In this document: piece by piece, positions 1-9,011 of the stretch
Layout: each line of letters starts with the position of its first letter
How positions within the stretch are numbered: position 1 is the stretch's first letter
Assembly (NCBI GenBank): GCA_964464475.1
Contig: CAYXGG010000008.1
Span: forward strand, 27,294-91,293
DNA length: 64,000 nucleotides
Origin: an uncultured Planctomycetales bacterium
Lineage (GTDB): Bacteria; Omnitrophota; Gorgyraeia; Zapsychrales; JAHFFX01
Direction of reading: 5' to 3'
Program-made: the position numbers and the translations under genes
The notes under the pieces: model-generated
Databases searched by the model: none
Told to the model about the DNA's origin: nothing
Seen by the model: the letters and a program-made list of their open reading frames with translations, nothing else

Positions 1-909
1 TTTGTGGTTACTAAAGCCGTAGATATTTTGGATGTACATCGGTGTTCTTTGATGCTTTTGGATAAAGATCGTAATGAATTAAGCATCAAGGCGGCGGTTG
101 GCATCAACGAGGATATTATCCAACAGACACGGGTTAAACTCGGAGAACAGGTTTCCGGCGTTGTGGCGATGTATGGTGAGCCGATGATGATTAGCGATAT
201 GGATGTCGAGAGTCCGCTGCCGCGCAAGAATCGTCCCAGTTATCAGGGGCGGTCTTTTATGAGCGTGCCTATAAAGCTTGAGAAGAAGGTCATCGGGGTC
301 GTTAACGTAACCCATAAAGGAAAAAATAAATCTGAAGTTTTTAATCAAACTGACTTGCGCGTGCTTTCGGCCATCATTCGTCAGACGGCCGTGGCTATTG
401 AAAACGCGGAGTTGTACCGTGAGCTACGCTACCTGTCCATCACGGATCCCTTGACCGGTTTGTTTAATCATCGGCATTTCACAAAAAGTCTAGAACAGGA
501 AATCAAAAGAGTCCGTCGTTACCCGGCACCTTTGTGTTTGCTGATGATAGATGTTGATCATTTTAAAACCTACAACGATACGCTGGGTCATTTGGTCGGA
601 GACCGTATTCTTAAGGAAGTCAGTCAGGTCATCCGTAAAAATTTACGCGAAATTGATGTGGCTTGCCGTTACGGAGGTGATGAGTTCGCGGTCATTTTGG
701 TCGAGACGCGGGTGCATAAAGCGGAAATCGTAGCCAAGAAATTTTTAAAAGCGGTTGAGCAACTACAATTGGAGAAGCCTATTACTTTAAGTATTGGCCT
801 GGCCGCGTTCTCGGAAGGAATGGACCGTCATGATCTCATCCTTAAGGCGGATCGGGCTCTTTATGAATCGAAAAAAGCCGGTCGAAATCGATTTAGCGTC
901 TACGCTTAA
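1..909 (+). CDS. GAF-domain diguanylate cyclase (GGDEF), 5' end possibly truncated by window edge
   Basis: ORF 4..909; C-terminal GGDEF domain with intact RYGGDEF active-site motif and DxLT turn motif; N-terminal GAF-like sensor region. Confidence 0.8.
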   Translation, partial: FVVTKAVDILDVHRCSLMLLDKDRNELSIKAAVGINEDIIQQTRVKLGEQVSGVVAMYGEPMMISDMDVESPLPRKNRPSYQGRSFMSVPIKLEKKVIGVVNVTHKGKNKSEVFNQTDLRVLSAIIRQTAVAIENAELYRELRYLSITDPLTGLFNHRHFTKSLEQEIKRVRRYPAPLCLLMIDVDHFKTYNDTLGHLVGDRILKEVSQVIRKNLREIDVACRYGGDEFAVILVETRVHKAEIVAKKFLKAVEQLQLEKPITLSIGLAAFSEGMDRHDLILKADRALYESKKAGRNRFSVYA

Positions 910-1022
910 CTGAGCCAGCGTTTCCTCTCTCCGTAGTACTGCGTATAGGCAAAATAATTCACGTTTTTTAAACTAACAGAGATCAGGTGACGTCACTGAT
1001 TTCTTGTGTGTCGGAGGGAATC

Positions 1023-2681
1023 ATGAAAATAAGTTTCTTTGGATCAAGAAAGAATCAGCATTCTGCCGTTGACGAAGACCTTCGCCGGATTGGCATCGGT
1101 GATTGGGTGGCGTTGTATTACAATCTCTCGTTTGAATATTTGTTTCAGCATGAAACCGATCCCGCGCTGCAAGGTTATGAGCGGGGTGTCGTGACGGAAT
1201 TTGGCGCGGTGGCCGTAGACACGGGTAAATTCACCGGTCGTTCCCCCAAAGATAAATATATTGTGGAAGAAGTTAGCTCTCAGGATCACGTATGGTGGAC
1301 TAATAACCGGCCGGACGGGTCGGATAATAAACCCATTAGTCAGGCGACTTGGGACCATCTTAAGGCCATTTCCGTAAAACAACTGACGGGCAAAAAGCTT
1401 TATGTGATAGATGGCTTTTGCGGCACAAATCCTGCTACTCGCATTTCAGTACGTTTGGTCACTGAAGTCGCGTGGATGGCGCATTTTTTTAAAAACATGT
1501 TTATCCGTCCGGAAGGGGAAGAACTAAAAAATTTCCGTCCGGATTGGACGATCCTTAACGCTTGTAAGACCTCTTGCCCGGATTATGCGAAATATGGATT
1601 GCGTTCCGAAGTTTATGTGGCTTTTCATTTGGCGGAGCGCATGACCTGCATTGGCGGCACTTGGTACGGGGGAGAAATCAAAAAGGGTATTTTTTCGATC
1701 ATGAATTATTTTCTACCCTTAAAAGGAATTGGATCCTTTCATTGTTCAGCCAATAAAGGGGCTAAAGGCGATGTCGCGTTATTCTTTGGTTTGTCCGGAA
1801 CCGGTAAGACGTCATTATCCACCGATCCGAAGCGTCAGCTGATCGGAGATGATGAACACGGTTGGGACGCGGAGGGGGTTTTTAATTTTGAAGGGGGTTG
1901 CTACGCCAAGTGTATCAACCTTTCTAGAGAGAAAGAGCCCGGTATCTATGATGCCATTAAGGTCAACGCATTGCTGGAAAATGTGGTGGTTGATGATATT
2001 GGCAAAGTTGATTTTTCATCAGGGAAAAAGACTGAGAACACGCGGGTTTCATATCCGATTTTCCATATCGACAACATTGTCAAACCCGTTTCAAAAGGTG
2101 GCCATGCCCAAAACATTATTTTTCTTACCTGTGACGCTTTTGGTGTGTTGCCTCCTGTTGCTAAATTAACCCGCGAACAGGCGATGTATCATTTTTTAAG
2201 CGGGTATACCGCCAAAGTGGCTGGGACAGAATTGGGCGTTACGGAGCCCAAGGCTACTTTTTCTGCCTGTTTTGGGAAAGCTTTCTTGATGGTGCATCCT
2301 ACCAAATACGCGGAAATCCTTGGCCAGAAAATGGATGAGCATGGCGCCCAAGTGTATTTGATTAACACCGGGTGGGTGGGAGGCTCTTACGGTGTGGGGA
2401 AACGCATTCCGATTAAAGATAATCGAGTTTGTATTGATGCGATTCTGGATGGTTCGCTAGATCGCGGCGAGTTTGAGATTATGCCGGTATTCAATTTGCG
2501 TATTCCCAAATACGTTTTGGGCGCGCAAAGCGCTTTAAATCCTCGAGATTCTTGGGCGGACAAAGCGGCTTATGACGCGACGTTGCGTAAATTGGCGGCG
2601 ATGTTTGTGGACAATTTTCAGATATTCACCGATACTCCGAAGGGGAAAGCACTTCTTACGGCTGGTCCACAACTCACGTAG
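1023..2681 (+). CDS. pckA: phosphoenolpyruvate carboxykinase (ATP)
   Basis: Strong resemblance to ATP-type PEPCK (…[31 protein letters not shown]…, kinase-1a [13 protein letters not shown]). ATG at 1023 preceded by GGAGGG; the ORF track starts at an upstream GTG (987). Confidence 0.9.
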   Translation: MKISFFGSRKNQHSAVDEDLRRIGIGDWVALYYNLSFEYLFQHETDPALQGYERGVVTEFGAVAVDTGKFTGRSPKDKYIVEEVSSQDHVWWTNNRPDGSDNKPISQATWDHLKAISVKQLTGKKLYVIDGFCGTNPATRISVRLVTEVAWMAHFFKNMFIRPEGEELKNFRPDWTILNACKTSCPDYAKYGLRSEVYVAFHLAERMTCIGGTWYGGEIKKGIFSIMNYFLPLKGIGSFHCSANKGAKGDVALFFGLSGTGKTSLSTDPKRQLIGDDEHGWDAEGVFNFEGGCYAKCINLSREKEPGIYDAIKVNALLENVVVDDIGKVDFSSGKKTENTRVSYPIFHIDNIVKPVSKGGHAQNIIFLTCDAFGVLPPVAKLTREQAMYHFLSGYTAKVAGTELGVTEPKATFSACFGKAFLMVHPTKYAEILGQKMDEHGAQVYLINTGWVGGSYGVGKRIPIKDNRVCIDAILDGSLDRGEFEIMPVFNLRIPKYVLGAQSALNPRDSWADKAAYDATLRKLAAMFVDNFQIFTDTPKGKALLTAGPQLT

Positions 2682-2707
2682 AGGATAACCTTGTATTCAG
2701 ATGCTTC

Positions 2708-2756
2708 CGCCCCCGGGTCAGTTCTGGTTCGGGGGCGTTTGTTTTTCTGTTTTGGA
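2708..2756 (+). terminator. rho-independent terminator downstream of pckA
   Basis: CGCCCCCG…(14-nt loop)…CGGGGGCG stem followed by TTTGTTTTTCTGTTTT. Confidence 0.6.
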
Positions 2757-2778
2757 AGTTTTCCGGAAATTTTTTTTG

Positions 2779-2787
2779 TGCTACAAT
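2779..2787 (+). promoter_or_regulatory. extended -10 element (TGnTACAAT) upstream of the dsbA-like operon
   Basis: tgtgcTACAAT about 40 nt upstream of the 2828 start; a GGGGAG SD follows. Confidence 0.3.
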
Positions 2788-2827
2788 ACGTTCCACATCA
2801 TCAACATAGAGACGGGGAGATACCATA

Positions 2828-3463
2828 ATGGCCAACGCATCAAAAAAGAATTTCACCATCTGTTTTGTTGTTTTCTGTGTGGTTCTTATTGTCGCCATCA
2901 ATTATTTTAAACAGCAGCTGGCCCCCAAGGTTCTGGTCAGCAATCAAGAGCGTTCTAAGGGTTCGGCGGCAGCTCCCGTAAAAATTACGGAATACATGGA
3001 TTTTCAGTGTCCTGCGTGCGCGCGGGGCGCCATTATGATCCGTCAATTTATGGCCGCTTATCCAGATAAGTTATTCGTAGAAATGAAACATTTTCCTTTG
3101 GAACAAATTCATCCTCACGCCGTACGCAGTTCCCGTTATGCTGAGTGCTCCGCTCGCCAGGGAAAATTCTGGCCCATGCATGATGTTTTAGTGGATAAGC
3201 AAAATGATTGGAAAGGGATGGTCAATGCCGATGTCTACTTCCAGCAGGTCGCCAAAGATATTAAACTGGATTTCTGGAAATTAGAATCCTGTTTGACCGA
3301 TGACAGTATAAAAAATTTTATTATGGCGGAGAAAACCGAAGGAGAAGCCCGTGGGGTCCAGTCCACGCCCACGTATTTCATTAACAATGAGATGGTGGTG
3401 GGAACGAAGTCTTTGGAAGAGAAGTTAACCAAATTGATTGGAGCCTTGCCATCCAAACCTTAA
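2828..3463 (+). CDS. DsbA-family thioredoxin-fold oxidoreductase, N-terminal membrane anchor
   Basis: CPAC active-site motif in a thioredoxin-like context (…EYMDFQCPACARG…); N-terminal hydrophobic segment FTICFVVFCVVLIVAI. Confidence 0.8.
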   Translation: MANASKKNFTICFVVFCVVLIVAINYFKQQLAPKVLVSNQERSKGSAAAPVKITEYMDFQCPACARGAIMIRQFMAAYPDKLFVEMKHFPLEQIHPHAVRSSRYAECSARQGKFWPMHDVLVDKQNDWKGMVNADVYFQQVAKDIKLDFWKLESCLTDDSIKNFIMAEKTEGEARGVQSTPTYFINNEMVVGTKSLEEKLTKLIGALPSKP

Positions 3464-3474
3464 TCGTCTTTCGT

Positions 3475-3903
3475 TTGTTAATTGGGTTGCTTTTTGTGGT
3501 CTCAGGGGGAGAGAAGGTCCTGAGTCCGTATCAAAACTTTTTGTATGTTGTCCAGAATTATGAAATGCTGCCAACTCTGGGGGAAGAACTGGTGGCGCGC
3601 CTATTCCCTTGGATCGAATTATTTTTAGGCCTTTTTCTATTGTTGGGTTTATGGCTTCCTTGGGCCTTACGCGGAACCGCGCTCATGCTCCTAACCTTTT
3701 TGGTCGTGGTGGGCCAAGCGATGTTAAGGCAATTACCTATCGGAGAATGCGGGTGTTTTGGTAAGTTGATTTCTTTACCGCTGCATGTGGTTTTTATTAA
3801 CGACAGTGTTATGTTGATCTTGATCGGGCTGATGTTGTGGCGGCCGCAGGCTGTGGCGAAATGTAGTCTCGATCATTATTTTTCCAGAACAGTAAAATCG
3901 TGA
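3475..3903 (+). CDS. DoxX-family integral membrane protein
   Basis: About 140 aa with four predicted TM helices typical of the DoxX/DoxD family; TTG/GTG start uncertain; 11-nt gap to the upstream gene. Confidence 0.65.
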   Translation: MLIGLLFVVSGGEKVLSPYQNFLYVVQNYEMLPTLGEELVARLFPWIELFLGLFLLLGLWLPWALRGTALMLLTFLVVVGQAMLRQLPIGECGCFGKLISLPLHVVFINDSVMLILIGLMLWRPQAVAKCSLDHYFSRTVKS

Positions 3904-5384
3904 TGAGATTTCTGGTTGGGGCTGGGTTATTTATTATGGGATTAACTTCTTTCGCTTTTGGTCAAACGCCCATCAAAGAGCCCAACGTTGCCGGCCAGTT
4001 CTATCCGGATAACGCGAAAGAATTAGCCTCCGAGATTGAGACCCATTTTGCGCTTTCCTCTCAGAAAGAATTGCAATCACCCGTAGAAGTCATGATCGCT
4101 CCTCACGCCGGTTACTTTTTCTCAGGCGGGGTCGCGGCGTATAGTTTTAAAGCGATTGCCCACAAGGCCTACAAGACGATCGTTGTTATTGCCCCGAGTC
4201 ATTTTTTTCCTTTTGAAGGAATCTCCGTTTGGCCGCAGGGTGGGTTTAAAACGCCGTTAGGGATCGTGTCGGTGGATGAAGAATTCGCCAGCCAACTATT
4301 AAAAGCCAGCCCGAAGTTTCAAAACATCCCAAAAGTTTTTGACCGGGAGCACGCCTTAGAAGTCGAACTGCCTTTTTTGCAACAGACTTTTAAGGATTTC
4401 AAAATTGTTCCGATTTTGATGGGTCAACCCAATGTTGAGGTCTGCCAGAATTTGGCGCGAGCGCTCGATCAGATTATCGGAAAGCGCGATGATGTTTTGA
4501 TTGTGGTCTCTACCGATTTGTCGCACTATCACCCCGATGAGGTGGCTCGCCAGATGGATCAGCGTACTTTAGAGGCGATCGCAGCCCTTAAATCCGATGA
4601 TTTTTGGCAGGAAAATTTAACCGGAACTATGGAAATGTGCGGGTTTACGGGTGTCATGACCGCGTTGCTGTACGCGCAATTAAGGCATTTAAAACCGGAA
4701 GTGCTTAAATATGCCAATTCTTCGGAGGCGTCGGGAGATAAGAATCGGGTTGTTGGTTACAGCGCCGTTGCTTTTTCTCGCGATGCAACGTCTGGCGCGG
4801 TTGACAAAGATTCGGATCTTGACGCGGCCTTAGCCAGCCATCAGAAAAAACGTTTATTGCAGATTGCTCGGGAGACTGTGCAGACTTTTGTGACGACGGG
4901 CAAAGTTCCGAATGTGACGGAAGATGACGCGCGTCTAAAAACCAGGGAAGGCGCTTTTGTGACTTTGCGTAAACATGGCGAACTACGGGGTTGCATTGGA
5001 CACATTATCGGTCGACAGCCGTTGTATCAAACGGTCCGCGATATGGCCGTCGCCGCGGCTTCACAGGATTCGCGTTTTGATTCGGTATCGGTGGCGGAAT
5101 TATCAGACCTAGAAGTGGAAGTTTCCGTCTTGTCCGTACCTCAGGTCATCACCAATCCGAATGAAATCGAGCTAGGTAAACATGGGGTGATTGTCAGTCA
5201 GGGGCCTTTTCGCTCCGGCCTATTTTTGCCGCAGGTCGCGACCGAAACCGGTTGGGATAAAGAAACATTTCTTTCCGTTCTTTGTACTCAGAAAGCGGGG
5301 CTACCCGCGCAAGCCTGGAAAGATCCCAAGACCCGCTTGGAGATTTTTACAGCCGATGTGTTTTCTGAGAAAGACGTTCCCTAG
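3903..5384 (+). CDS. fusion of MEMO1-like (AmmeMemoRadiSam system protein B) and AMMECR1 domains, with predicted N-terminal signal peptide
   Basis: Memo signatures AGQFYP, IAPHAGYFFSG, STDLSHYHP; C-terminal AMMECR1 signature ELRGCIGH; N-terminal MMRFLVGAGLFIMGLTSFAFG-QT looks like a Sec signal; start codon overlaps the DoxX stop (TGATG). Confidence 0.85.
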   Translation: MRFLVGAGLFIMGLTSFAFGQTPIKEPNVAGQFYPDNAKELASEIETHFALSSQKELQSPVEVMIAPHAGYFFSGGVAAYSFKAIAHKAYKTIVVIAPSHFFPFEGISVWPQGGFKTPLGIVSVDEEFASQLLKASPKFQNIPKVFDREHALEVELPFLQQTFKDFKIVPILMGQPNVEVCQNLARALDQIIGKRDDVLIVVSTDLSHYHPDEVARQMDQRTLEAIAALKSDDFWQENLTGTMEMCGFTGVMTALLYAQLRHLKPEVLKYANSSEASGDKNRVVGYSAVAFSRDATSGAVDKDSDLDAALASHQKKRLLQIARETVQTFVTTGKVPNVTEDDARLKTREGAFVTLRKHGELRGCIGHIIGRQPLYQTVRDMAVAAASQDSRFDSVSVAELSDLEVEVSVLSVPQVITNPNEIELGKHGVIVSQGPFRSGLFLPQVATETGWDKETFLSVLCTQKAGLPAQAWKDPKTRLEIFTADVFSEKDVP

Positions 5385-5392
5385 CGACGCCT

Positions 5393-5872
5393 ATGAGTGA
5401 ATCCGCCCGCCCGGTATCCCGCATACACAAACTTCGCAACTTCGGTATTTCTCTTTTTGTCATTCTTTGGACGCTTTACTTTCACTATCACTCCGTTCGG
5501 CATTTTTATCTTGAGCCATGGTTGCAGCGGTCTTTGCCGGCGCCAAAATGGCTGTTCCCGCCGGCCGGCTGGATTATGTTTTATAACGTGAATTATTCGT
5601 ATGGATTCGCTGAAGTTTACGGGATAAAAGAGAAACGTTTGGAGAAAATTGATCCGCATTTAATCCTTAGAACGAGAGCGGTCGGCTATGACAATATTAA
5701 ACGCAATGTGTTGACCATGGTGTTGACGCCAAGTCTCAAGGAGCCGTTTTGCGGTTTTCTGAAAAAACGCCTTCCGCATTATGAAGGCTATTGGGTCACA
5801 TACGTGCAGTATTCCGATTTAAAGAATCATCCCCAGCAGGCGTATCGGCAGCTGGTTTACGAGTGTCGCTAA
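5393..5872 (+). CDS. hypothetical single-pass membrane protein
   Basis: ATG 8 nt after the previous stop; one N-terminal TM helix; no recognisable domain; stop overlaps the next start (TAATG). Confidence 0.5.
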   Translation: MSESARPVSRIHKLRNFGISLFVILWTLYFHYHSVRHFYLEPWLQRSLPAPKWLFPPAGWIMFYNVNYSYGFAEVYGIKEKRLEKIDPHLILRTRAVGYDNIKRNVLTMVLTPSLKEPFCGFLKKRLPHYEGYWVTYVQYSDLKNHPQQAYRQLVYECR

Positions 5873-7167
5873 TGAAGAAACTGTGGAATCGATTATTTTT
5901 GGAGGAACGCCCGTCGCTAGGGTTGGCATTTTTTCGCATCGCCGCCGCGCTGACTGTCGGGTTGCACGTGATTCCATCCTTCTTTCATCTGGGCGATAAT
6001 TATTTTGCCGGAGCCCTGAAGGAGATAAACCCTAATTTTTTTCCGGTGGGGGCGATACGCTGGGTTCAGTCTAGTCCCGATATCGTGGTGGGAGGGATGG
6101 TCGTCGTTTTTCTGGTTGCTTGGTTTTGTTTTTTGATTGGTTTTCTGACCCAAGCCAGTTGTATCGTGCTGCAATTGGCCAGCTATTATTTCTACGCGTT
6201 AAATTCTTTTCATATCGGGACGCTGTCCTGGGACATTCTGCTGGTGACCATGTTTTTGTTGTGTTTAACTCCTTACCCGGGGGATTATTTCTCGATTGAT
6301 GCGTTGCGTGGTGCTGACCCTAATGCTTATCGCCGGATGCGGCCGATTTTTATTCAGCGGCTGTTGCAAATGCAAATCGCGTCCACTTTTTTTTATACCG
6401 CGCTTTATAAAGTGACCGCGCAGGGTAATTGGTTGACCGGAAACCCGATCCACGCGCTGATGAATTATCCTCCTGAGGGGGTGACGAAATGGTTTCTTTT
6501 GAAGGAATACTTAGCCGTACATCCGGATCTTTGCTACGGGATTGGATTATTGATTGTCGTGATTGAACTGTTGATGCCGGTATTGCTGTTTTGGCCGAGG
6601 ACAAGACAGAGCGCGATAATACTTGGTTTTTTGTTCCATGTCGGTTTGGTTTGGACACTGGATGTGCCGACCATTTTCTTTTTTTTGTTCCCGGCCCAGT
6701 TGCTGCTTTTTATTAATTCTAAAGATATCGTCAATTGGATTGAAATCCAACGTCAAGAGAATGCCCGCTTACGTCTCTGGCATTTGTTGTATGACGGCCA
6801 GTGCCATTTTTGCCGCAATAGCGTGCGCCTGTTAAAAACGATGGATATGTTCAACGTCGCGGAGTTGATTAATCTTCACGATGTACCTGATTTCTCTGCA
6901 GATTTTCCCGGGTTGACTCGCGAGGCCGCCTTAAGTCAGATGCATCTGGTTGATGGGCAAGGGAGGGTATTTGCCGGCTTCGCGGCGTTACGCAGACTGT
7001 CTTGGCGGATCCCCATGCTAACGATGCTGATGCCGTTGTTATATTTCCCTGGTACGGGAATTGTCGGGCCCTGGGTGTATGGTTGGGTTGCAAAAAACCG
7101 ATATGTGTTTCACGCTAATTCTGTTTGCGAAAACAACGCTTGTTTCCGTCGTTCCATAAAAAAGTAA
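5872..7167 (+). CDS. HTTM (vitamin-K-dependent gamma-carboxylase-like) multi-pass membrane domain fused to a C-terminal DCC/DUF393 thiol-disulfide oxidoreductase domain
   Basis: N-terminal HTTM signature (…SLGLAFFRIAAALTVG… plus multiple TM helices); C-terminal DUF393 signature LLYDGQCHFCRNSVRLL…AKNRYVF; ATG at 5872 (MKKLWNRLF) in TAATG overlap. Confidence 0.85.
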   Translation: MKKLWNRLFLEERPSLGLAFFRIAAALTVGLHVIPSFFHLGDNYFAGALKEINPNFFPVGAIRWVQSSPDIVVGGMVVVFLVAWFCFLIGFLTQASCIVLQLASYYFYALNSFHIGTLSWDILLVTMFLLCLTPYPGDYFSIDALRGADPNAYRRMRPIFIQRLLQMQIASTFFYTALYKVTAQGNWLTGNPIHALMNYPPEGVTKWFLLKEYLAVHPDLCYGIGLLIVVIELLMPVLLFWPRTRQSAIILGFLFHVGLVWTLDVPTIFFFLFPAQLLLFINSKDIVNWIEIQRQENARLRLWHLLYDGQCHFCRNSVRLLKTMDMFNVAELINLHDVPDFSADFPGLTREAALSQMHLVDGQGRVFAGFAALRRLSWRIPMLTMLMPLLYFPGTGIVGPWVYGWVAKNRYVFHANSVCENNACFRRSIKK

Positions 7168-7230
7168 AGATTCGTTTTGGTTCATCCCCACTTCGTAGTA
7201 CGATACATTGAATTTAAACTTAAGGAATTT

Positions 7231-8574
7231 ATGCGGAAAAAAATAATATTTCTTTTTGTATTTTTGAACACGCTAGCTTTGCTTTCAATGGGTGGCGCTA
7301 AGGCGTATGTTTCGGATAATTTGATTGCTTCTAACAACGGCCAAAGCAAAGAGTTAACTCAAAAAGTGGCGCTGATGTATGAAGAAGCCAATCAGTATTT
7401 TATGGCCAATCAGCAAGAAGAGGCGCTGCGACTTTTTAAGAAAATAGAAAAACTCCTTCCCGATTATAAATCCACGCGAAATTACATAACTTTCTTAACG
7501 GCAAAGAAAACGGAGAACGTTCGTCTGGCCGAGGCGCGAGCGATTGTGTCTCCCCCCAAGGAGCGCGTTAGTGTCGCGCAGGCAGAAAATTTGGCCGAGT
7601 CTGTTCGTCGAGAAAAACAACAATCCTTGAGCGCTCTGCCATCGGCTGACGTAGAGGTAACGTCTCCAGAGCCAGCTCCGGTGACGACGATGTTTCCTTC
7701 AAATTCGTCCGCTGACGCTGGTCACCCAAATTCAGATTCGGCCATGAACGCTACCTATGTCCAGGCAAGTTCGCGAAAAAATGAATTGGTTCAGGAAAGC
7801 GCTGAATTGCAAAAGGATTTTTACCGAGGCATCGCTAATCTGTATGAGCGCGGAGAAAAATATTTCAATGAAGGAAGATTAGGGCAGGCGCGACTCATTT
7901 TTGATCAGATTAATGAACTGGCTCCCGGTTTTAAACAAACGAATTCTTATTTGGAAAAGCTGGCTAACGCAAGTTGGGATGATGATTTAGATTTGCCGGC
8001 GGCCGTATCTTGGACCGATACTGTCGGCGCTCAGCCATCCGGAAAGAAAGTTTCGCGTTTTGATTTGGAGAGTCTTTATGCTTATGCTGTTCATTTGTAT
8101 CAAAGTGAACGATTGGTGGATGCTAAGCAGAAATTTATCGAGGTCGCTGAGATTGATAAGGATTATAAGTTGACCCAACGCTATTTAGGATTGTTAGGTG
8201 CTCGCTCTCCTGATAGTGTGCCGGAGGTAACTGAAATGCCAGAAACACCTGCGGATCTTTCGGGAGATCCGCGCGCCCAAAAGCGGGCTCTGAAGGCTCG
8301 ACAACGTGAGGAAAAATTGGCGCAACAGCAGAAGATGCGCGATGAGAAGAAAGCGCGTAAGGAAGCTCTGAAGGCGTTAAATCAGGAAGAGATGAAGAAA
8401 GAGTTGGATGATCTGTATGTCGAGGCGATCCAGCTTTTTGGAGAGCGAAAATTTGATGAGTCAGAAAAACGATTTAATCAAGTGCTCTTAATCAAGCCGG
8501 GATACAAGAATTGTCATCATTATTTGAAAATGATTGTGGGAGAAAGGGCGTTGACGCGTCCCTCTCAGGACTAA
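7231..8574 (+). CDS. secreted repeat protein (TPR-like; four copies of an approximately 34-aa motif ending P-x-YK-x-T-x-x-YL)
   Basis: Signal peptide MRKKIIFLFVFLNTLALLSMGGAKA; internal repeats …LPDYKSTRNYITFL / …APGFKQTNSYLEKL / …DKDYKLTQRYLGLL / …KPGYKNCHHYLKMI; Lys/Arg/Glu-rich coiled segment. Confidence 0.6.
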   Translation: MRKKIIFLFVFLNTLALLSMGGAKAYVSDNLIASNNGQSKELTQKVALMYEEANQYFMANQQEEALRLFKKIEKLLPDYKSTRNYITFLTAKKTENVRLAEARAIVSPPKERVSVAQAENLAESVRREKQQSLSALPSADVEVTSPEPAPVTTMFPSNSSADAGHPNSDSAMNATYVQASSRKNELVQESAELQKDFYRGIANLYERGEKYFNEGRLGQARLIFDQINELAPGFKQTNSYLEKLANASWDDDLDLPAAVSWTDTVGAQPSGKKVSRFDLESLYAYAVHLYQSERLVDAKQKFIEVAEIDKDYKLTQRYLGLLGARSPDSVPEVTEMPETPADLSGDPRAQKRALKARQREEKLAQQQKMRDEKKARKEALKALNQEEMKKELDDLYVEAIQLFGERKFDESEKRFNQVLLIKPGYKNCHHYLKMIVGERALTRPSQD

Positions 8575-8586
8575 GGGAGGATTAAG

Positions 8587-8925
8587 ATGAAAAAGATACT
8601 GCTTGCCATTTTTTTGTTGTTGCTGTTGGGTTCGCCGCTGGCCATAGCTCAGCCGCCATCTGATATTGAACTGAGTTTCAATCAGGAGTCAAAAGTTCTT
8701 TCGATAAAAGTCCTGCATGTTTCGCAACGTAACCGAGATCATTATATTCGTCGGATTTGGGTGTATTTGAACGATCAAGAAGTCGTTAAGGACGGTTTTG
8801 CCGCTCAGGAACCTTGGGGAATCGCACACGATGTCAAAGTGGAAGCGAAGTCAGGTGATGTGATTCGCGTGGTGGCCAAGTGTTCCAAAGCCGGCGAGAC
8901 GACACAGACTTTGCAAATTCCGTAA
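8587..8925 (+). CDS. small secreted protein with degenerate superoxide-reductase (desulfoferrodoxin Fe-binding)-like domain
   Basis: Signal peptide; [19 protein letters not shown] resembles the SOR HPM…EEHYIEWIEL block and a Cys sits at the SOR-equivalent position, but the N-terminal His and the C-x2-H His ligand are absent. Confidence 0.45.
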   Translation: MKKILLAIFLLLLLGSPLAIAQPPSDIELSFNQESKVLSIKVLHVSQRNRDHYIRRIWVYLNDQEVVKDGFAAQEPWGIAHDVKVEAKSGDVIRVVAKCSKAGETTQTLQIP

Positions 8926-9011
8926 GGGTTTGTAAATTTCTTTTTTTGAATTTTTTGTTTTTGGCATTATTAATCTTTTTTCCCTCGTCGCTTGACGCTC
9001 ATCAAGATTTT

